From: Macrostomum lignano
Lineage: Eukaryota
Length of the DNA stretch: 64,000 nt
Direction: 5' to 3'
Assembly (NCBI GenBank): GCA_002269645.1
Contig: NIVC01000020.1
Location: forward strand, 1,364,001 to 1,428,000
A program made the translations under genes and the position numbers. Below, piece after piece: positions 56,710-64,000 of the stretch. Position 1 is the stretch's first letter; every line of letters starts with the position of its first letter. Below the pieces are notes generated by a model that was not told the DNA's origin, did not search any database, and saw only the letters and a list, made by a program, of their open reading frames with translations.

Positions 56710-57039
56710 TACCCGAGAATACATGCGAGTCCTGATCTGTCAAATTGATTATTTGAGAGTTTTGCTGCAATTCTCTTTCAGACTTGTTTGACTGAGAGAT
56801 ATTTCTTGCTCGTGACCCGTTGGGATTTGGGACCGATGTGACTCAAAAAACTCCTAAAGAAACTTGTGAAGCTGGTGTAATATCTCCAGTGTTTTAATAA
56901 TCCTATATTGCCCGTTCAATAAGACAAAGCGTAGTCTTAGTTCTCCTCAGAAAGCACTTAAATAATAATTTTTTCTCGGTACAAAATCAGTCTAGTCTCG
57001 CACTAGTCTCGGTAAGTTTGCCAAAATTTTCAATTTAAA

Positions 57040-60000
57040 TGTAGCGAATGCACTCGTAAAAGCACGCTCCAATTGTAGCGAATGCACTCGTAAAAGCACA
57101 CCCATAATGTAGCGAATGCACTCGTAAAAGCACACTCATAATGTAGCGAATGCACTCGTAAAAGCACACTCATAATGTAGCTAATGCACTCGTAAAAGCA
57201 CACTCATAATGTAGCTAATGCACTCGTAAAAGCACGCTCCAATTGTAGCGAATGCACTCGTAAAAGCACACCCATAATGTAGCGAATGCACTCGTAAAAG
57301 CACACCCATAATGTAGCTAATGCACTCGTAAAAGCACGCTCCAATTGTAGCGAATGCACTCGTAAAAGCACACTCATAATGTAGCGAATGCACTCGTAAA
57401 AGCACACCCATAATGTAGCGAATGCACTCGTAAAAGCACGCTCCAATTGTAGCGAATGCACTCGTAAAAGCACACTCATAATGTAGCGAATGCACTCGTA
57501 AAAGCACGCTCCAATTGTAGCGAATGCACTCGTAAAAGCACACTCATAATTGAAGCTAATGCACTCGTAAAAGCACACCCATAATGTAGCTAATGCACTC
57601 GTAAAAGCACGCTCCAATTGTAGCGAATGCACTCGTAAAAGCACACTCATAATGTAGCGAATGCACTCGTAAAAGCACGCTCCAATTGTAGCGAATGCAC
57701 TCGTAAAAGCACACTCATAATGTAGCGAATGCACTCGTAAAAGCACGCTCCAATTGTAGCGAATGCACTCGTAAAAGCACACCCATAATTGAAGCTAATG
57801 CACTCGTAAAAGCACACCCATAATTGAAGCTAATGCACTCGTAAAAGCACACCCATAATTGAAGCTAATTCACTCGTAAAAGCACACCCATAATTGAAGT
57901 TAATGCACTCGTAAAAGCACGCTCCAATTGTAGCGAATGCACTCGTAAAAGCACACCCATAATGTAGCGAATGCACTCGTAAAAGCACACCCATAATGTA
58001 GCTAATGCACTCGTAAAAGCACACTCATAATGTAGCGAATGCACTCGTAAAAGCACGCTCCAATTGTAGCGAATGCACTCGTAAAAGCACACCCATAATT
58101 GAAGCTAATGCACTCGTAAAAGCACGCTCCAATTGTAGCGAATGCACTCGTAAAAGCACACTCATAATGTAGCGAATGCACTCGTAAAAGCACGCTCCAA
58201 TTGTAGCGAATGCACTCGTAAAAGCACACTCATAATTGAAGCTAATGCACTCGTAAAAGCACACCCATAATGTAGCTAATGCACTCGTAAAAGCACGCTC
58301 CAATTGTAGCGAATGCACTCGTAAAAGCACACTCATAATGTAGCGAATGCACTCGTAAAAGCACGCTCCAATTGTAGCGAATTCACTCGTAAAAGCACAC
58401 CCATAATTGAAGCTAATTCACTCGTAAAAGCACACCCATAATTGAAGCTAATGCACTCGTAAAAGCACACCCATAATTGAAGCTAATTCACTCGTAAAAG
58501 CACACCCATAATTGAAGTTAATGCACTCGTAAAAGCACACCCATAATTGAAGCTAATTCACTCGTAAAAGCACACCCATAATTGAAGCTAATGCACTCGT
58601 AAAAGCACGCTCCAATTGTAGCGAATGCACTCGTAAAAGCACACTCATAATGTAGCGAATGCACTCGTAAAAGCACGCTCCAATTGTAGCGAATGCACTC
58701 GTAAAAGCACACTCATAATTGAAGCTAATGCACTCGTAAAAGCACACCCATAATGTAGCTAATGCACTCGTAAAAGCACGCTCCAATTGTAGCGAATGCA
58801 CTCGTAAAAGCACACTCATAATGTAGCGAATGCACTCGTAAAAGCACGCTCCAATTGTAGCGAATGCACTCGTAAAAGCACACTCATAATGTAGCGAATG
58901 CACTCGTAAAAGCACGCTCCAATTGTAGCGAATGCACTCGTAAAAGCACACCCATAATTGAAGCGAATGCACTCGTAAAAGCACACCCATAATTGAAGCT
59001 AATGCACTCGTAAAAGCACACCCATAATTGAAGCTAATTCACTCGTAAAAGCACACCCATAATTGAAGTTAATGCACTCGTAAAAGCACGCTCCAATTGT
59101 AGCGAATGCACTCGTAAAAGCACACCCATAATGTAGCGAATGCACTCGTAAAAGCACACCCATAATGTAGCTAATGCACTCGTAAAAGCACACTCATAAT
59201 GTAGCGAATGCACTCGTAAAAGCACGCTCCAATTGTAGCGAATGCACTCGTAAAAGCACACCCATAATTGAAGCTAATGCACTCGTAAAAGCACGCTCCA
59301 ATTGTAGCGAATGCACTCGTAAAAGCACACTCATAATGTAGCGAATGCACTCGTAAAAGCACGCTCCAATTGTAGCGAATGCACTCGTAAAAGCACACTC
59401 ATAATTGAAGCTAATGCACTCGTAAAAGCACACCCATAATGTAGCTAATGCACTCGTAAAAGCACGCTCCAATTGTAGCGAATGCACTCGTAAAAGCACA
59501 CTCATAATGTAGCGAATGCACTCGTAAAAGCACGCTCCAATTGTAGCGAATGCACTCGTAAAAGCACACCCATAATTGAAGCTAATTCACTCGTAAAAGC
59601 ACACCCATAATTGAAGCTAATGCACTCGTAAAAGCACACCCATAATTGAAGCTAATTCACTCGTAAAAGCACACCCATAATTGAAGTTAATGCACTCGTA
59701 AAAGCACACCCATAATTGAAGCTAATGCACTCGTAAAAGCACACCCATAATTGAAGCTAATTCACTCGTAAAAGCACACTCATAATTGTAGCTAATGCAC
59801 TCGTAAAAGCACACCCATAATTGAAGCTAATGCACTCGTAAAAGCACACCCATAATTGAAGCTAATGCACTCGTAAAAGCACACCCATAATTGAAGCTAA
59901 TGCACTCGTAAAAGCACACCCATAATTGAAGCTAATTCACTCGTAAAAGCACACCCATAATTGAAGCTAATGCACTAGTAAAAGCACACCCATAATTGAA

Positions 60001-60175
60001 GCTAATGCACTCGTAAAAGCACACCCATAATTGAAGCTAATGCACTAGTAAAAGCACACTCATAATGTAGCTAATGCACTCGTAAAAGCACACTCATAAT
60101 GTAGCTAATGCACTCGTAAAAGCACACTCATAATGTAGCTAATGCACTCGTAAAAGCACACTCAAATTGTAGCTA
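57040..60175. repeat. 34/35-bp satellite (GTAGCGAATGCACTCGTAAAAGCAC...) with higher-order structure
   Basis: 3.1-kb array of three alternating unit variants, with a 1169-bp internal duplication. Confidence 0.97.
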
Positions 60176-61708
60176 ATGAACAAATGATTGGAAGGTAAAT
60201 CTTTGCATTATAACACAGTGAACTCGAAATAGCTGAATTTTTTCCTGCTTGAAGCTTTTCTATTTAATGCTACTAATATTTCAATGGTTACTCATACCAT
60301 TAACTATATCCATAACTATACGTGTATTTTATATCACAATGCATGAAAAGAACACATCGATCTTGTTGAACTTTGTCTTGAAAGAACCACCTTAGCTAGA
60401 AAAACTAACAAAAGCTAAACTCTTTCTGCAACAATAAGATTGTTATTTGCACTTTGCAGTCACTTTTACCAAAGTACCAATTGGTATTCAATATTTGACC
60501 TAACTAGCCCATTACGCTGGTATTGTACAGAAAACCCCATTTTTTACACATGTCATACCGGTATGCATTCTCATGTAACTCGGGGAATTGCTTTCTTGCA
60601 TCTAAACAAGCCATTGCTGATGCACTACTCAAACTGGTCTTTAATTACGCATCCCACTCGCTACATTCGTTACTAATTCATTGGAATTATGAGTAATACA
60701 TAGTCAATCGTCCTGTCGACCATTAAAAATTCATGGGGGGGGGTTGTTAATATGTCTAGGCTCATAGGGAATTATTCAGATGTCTAGGCTCATGGGGGAA
60801 ATTGTTGTTGTTGAGATGCATAGTCATGAGGGATATTGTTAAAATTCTGTGGCTCAGCAGGGGGAATCTCTGAAATGAAATTCCAGAATCTCTGATCTTT
60901 AAAATATCTGAATTTACATCTCTGAAATGTCAAGATTCATGGGGGGGGGGATATATTGCTGAGTTGTCAAAATTTTTGTGGAAAAATTCTGAGATGTCAA
61001 GGCTCATGGGGGATTGTTGAAATGCTGTGGCTCGTCGGGGCAGCTCAGATGCTTTGATCCAAAGCTCATGGTGATCAGACACCTTATCTAGGTTAGATAG
61101 CTTGCTTTCAGGGTGGATGCTGCTTTTAACATCATTTTCCATAAGAAATTGAGAATCGTGACTGTTAACAATGGCAAAGCCTACATGTAGTTTATTCAAA
61201 AGCTTCCATTATTTTCTTTGTTGCCTCCCCAACGGGGGGAACAGATTTGATATGTAGTACATGTACTAAGACTTGAATTGCACCAATCGAATGCGACCAG
61301 CAACGTTGACGTCCAGAAATTCAATTAACTACATCAAATTCAAGTACCTTTTTAAACAGACGTTGCATTTTAGATAGTTGCAACTTGTCTAATGGTCGAA
61401 AGACCTGAAAGTCATCTATTTTCCGAGCATCCAAAAATGCTGGACAGTTAAAACACCCTTAGTGGTGAAGAGAGCTCCTTTAAGTTTACAGCGACGGTCT
61501 TGTCCCTGAGTGTGGCTTCTGGATAAGATAATGCTGGTGCAAGAGGGAGTTTGGTTGCTTCAGCATAGGATTGGGATTTTCATCAACCTGAACGTAGATT
61601 CACTCCTGCATTTCTGCGTCCGGGACGTTTTTCAAGGGCAGGGCTTCCGTTTGACCGCCCCAATCCACCCAGCTCTTGTGCAGTGTGCGCCATCATGCGC
61701 GCTCAATA

Positions 61709-63355
61709 TTTAACCCACGCACAGGAGACACTACTAAAAGAGTAGTATAATATTGATGTGACTAGTAGTCTTTGACTTCTTGAACTTGCTTTAACCGTAA
61801 CAATCTATCTGTGTTCAAGTCACACACAGAGTTTCCTGCTGTTTGCGCTAAACTCGCGCTTTGTAGCGCTACCCTTAGAAGAATCATTTTATATTACAAA
61901 TTAGGGTTACAAATTTTATTTAAATTTTCAAATGTCAATTAACTTCATCAATACAACTACACACTTCTAACACTATATACTACTACTAGTCTGGCAAATG
62001 TATGATCAGAAGTTCCTATGCAACAAAGTACGCGACCAGCAAACCAGATCGCTGCTGTGATATAAAGCCAATCATTACCAGCGGCTAGCAGCATTTTCCT
62101 CTGAATAATATTCTGGCTGATCGAACTTACTGCGCATACAGAGCGTACGGCTCGTGCACTACAGAAACTATAACTAGTGAACCTAATATAAATTATCAAG
62201 AGTTGTGAACTAATTTGAGCTAAAGACAAGAGCCAAAAACAGTAAACAGAATGGATGAAAACTTTAGTTTTAGCGGAAAGTGAGTCCATTCTGCCGATGC
62301 TCGTACTTCAACGCTGCGAATGCCAGCGTTGGAAGCAATCTAACAAACAAAGTCCCGGGCATCCTGGACATCGGCTGCAGAAATAAACTGTGGGCCGGGA
62401 ACTGGCAGAACTGTAGCATATTCTGCACCTTTTCGTAGGTCTGGGCTGGGCAGGACGACCTGGGATTTTCTCCGGAAAATGCTGCTCAGGGACTGCAACT
62501 GTTTGCAGCATGGAAGCCGGTCGCTTCCTGCCATTTCCGGTTCGCTCTACCAAATCACGGATGCTGGCTTCGAGATATCTGATAAAAGTATTCTGGCCAC
62601 CACACTTGCAGTACAGAACCCAAGCGTTGCGCACCATTTAAAGGCACGTATGCAAACCCAGCTTGTGGAACCATTTTGCTGTCTTTCTGCCGGCATCATA
62701 GGGCTGCAGGGGTGCCGTCCAGCGTGTCCGCTCCACCGCTGTGCATCGTCTGTGCTCCAGTAGTCATGTAGCTCGGACTTTTTGTTCAGGCCCATGTACA
62801 GGTGCATGCCGACTAGCTTTTTCATCTCGCTTGCGGTGCAGTCCCGCCAGCTAGATACGAGTACAATGGACGGAAGGACATCCGTCTCAGGATCCAGCTC
62901 CATCAGCATGGTGGCCACCTTGGCGTTTGTCCATTCAGCGAGGCGTTGGAAAAGCTCTTCAGAAAGAAACATTTGTAAAAATAAAGACTTATCCTTCTCA
63001 ACATCCTCAGGAATTAAAAAGTTCGGATTTAGGCCAGCAGTTCCGGTAAATTCAAAACATTCTGTCCCTTCATCGGACCCAGGCTCGACAAGTCGCCATA
63101 AATTCTCAACTACAGCAGCATCGCCATCTGCAAACTCCTGTTCTTCTTCGCCGTCAGGCCCTTCTATGGTTGGAGGCCATCCAGTGCTTCTTCGCCAACC
63201 TCCTCGCCAGGCTCCTCGTCTATTGTTAAGTAGGAGTCGAGGCTTGCTTCACTATCAGAGGTCATGTAGTCGATCTCAGAGGCAGAAGCCAAGTACTTTA
63301 GGATATCAGTGAGTAAATACTGTGTCAAATTTAGCGAGAAAAGGCTAACAAACAA
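61709..63355 (-). mobile_element. piggyBac-family DNA transposon, internally deleted and decayed
   Basis: Acidic N-terminus from ATG 63265, then FTG..G.NP, LF..F.SEEL...LAEWTN, EMKKLVGMHLYMGL...L.DYWS. The sequence jumps directly to GGADTLD...RKTAKWFHKLG and a C-terminal CRD (CRIC...CSRC..C..LC...CF..WH). Frameshifts near 63165 and 62710; stop at 62638-62640. TTAA+CCC end at 61709-61715; the opposite end was not found in the window. Confidence 0.85.
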
Positions 63356-64000
63356 GATGGTAAGAGTGTTACTGTAAGAAAGCTATTTTACTACAAAGGG
63401 GACTTGCTGTTTGAGCACAGATTTCTATGGTAAGCAGCGCATACCAAGCAGGCAGCAAGTGAAACTGTTTTATTGGCTAAAGCAGTAGTGCTGTTCATTT
63501 CCTTCCCGTCTAGCGCGTCAGTTTGAGCCAAGCTGGATCAGTATGCCTAGCCGGCAGGAATGGAAGTGACATGCTATGCCAGAAAATATCTATGGTAAGC
63601 ACTGCTTACCAAGCAGTCGGGAACAGACAAATTATGGATTCTGGTTAGCCAAGAAGAGGCTCTAGACATGAAAGAAGAAATCAGTTAAAAAGGTGCTAAA
63701 TGGGTGTTCGCCTCGCGGCGGCTTGCTGGCGCACTAATCGGGCGTCATCACAAGTCTGACCAGTCGTCATACAATTAACTGCTGCAAAAGCCAATTAAGT
63801 CGAAGATTTCTTACAATTTTCAACAAACTGTGTGCATATCGCATCTTCTTGAAGGGCCAGCTCTAGCCGCTGCTAGTAGATTCTCAACAATTTTGAGTCT
63901 CACTAATTAGCTTTCAACCCCTTTCAATGCAATTGTTTTTCTTACCATGAAAACCACGGCAGAAAAAGAAGAAGCAGGAAAAATTTGGCAATTTTTTTAC

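Noticed and set aside
57040-60175. Possible CRISPR-like array (34-35-bp period)
   Set aside because: The variable part is only three recurring short variants, not unique spacers; it is satellite DNA.

Overview
Intron-rich invertebrate animal genomic DNA. GC-rich exons with a different minisatellite in almost every long intron resemble the flatworm Macrostomum; that assignment is my inference and is not verified. Gene models were rebuilt by hand from GT-AG junctions with phase checks. (1) Complete alpha-actinin on the minus strand (3181-15758, 908 aa) with a tandem pair of 79-nt mutually exclusive CH2 exons. (2) Vasohibin (tubulin detyrosinase, 16112-19040, +), head-to-head with actinin. (3) A lectin cluster: an inverted pair of PAN-like plus F-type (fucolectin) lectin genes showing decay, an orphan PAN-like exon, and a signal-peptide SUEL/RBL lectin. 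(4) A tandem-C2 synaptotagmin-like gene (30269-41771, +). (5) An OATP/SLCO transporter (44397-50794, +). (6) Two intronless, very divergent MFS-like paralogs. (7) A piggyBac internal-deletion relic, a MITE, tRNA-derived SINEs and about 30 tandem-repeat arrays. Most interesting signals: five intronic minisatellites (four clear, one weaker) whose repeat unit copies the adjacent splice site, creating arrays of decoy donors or acceptors, one with an AATAAA in every unit; the actinin mutually exclusive exon pair with an inverted repeat that brackets the intervening minisatellite; a SINE central domain shared by two families with different tails; and a sharp AT-rich domain centred on the actinin/vasohibin promoter. 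Most long ORFs in the supplied track are repeat or antisense artefacts.
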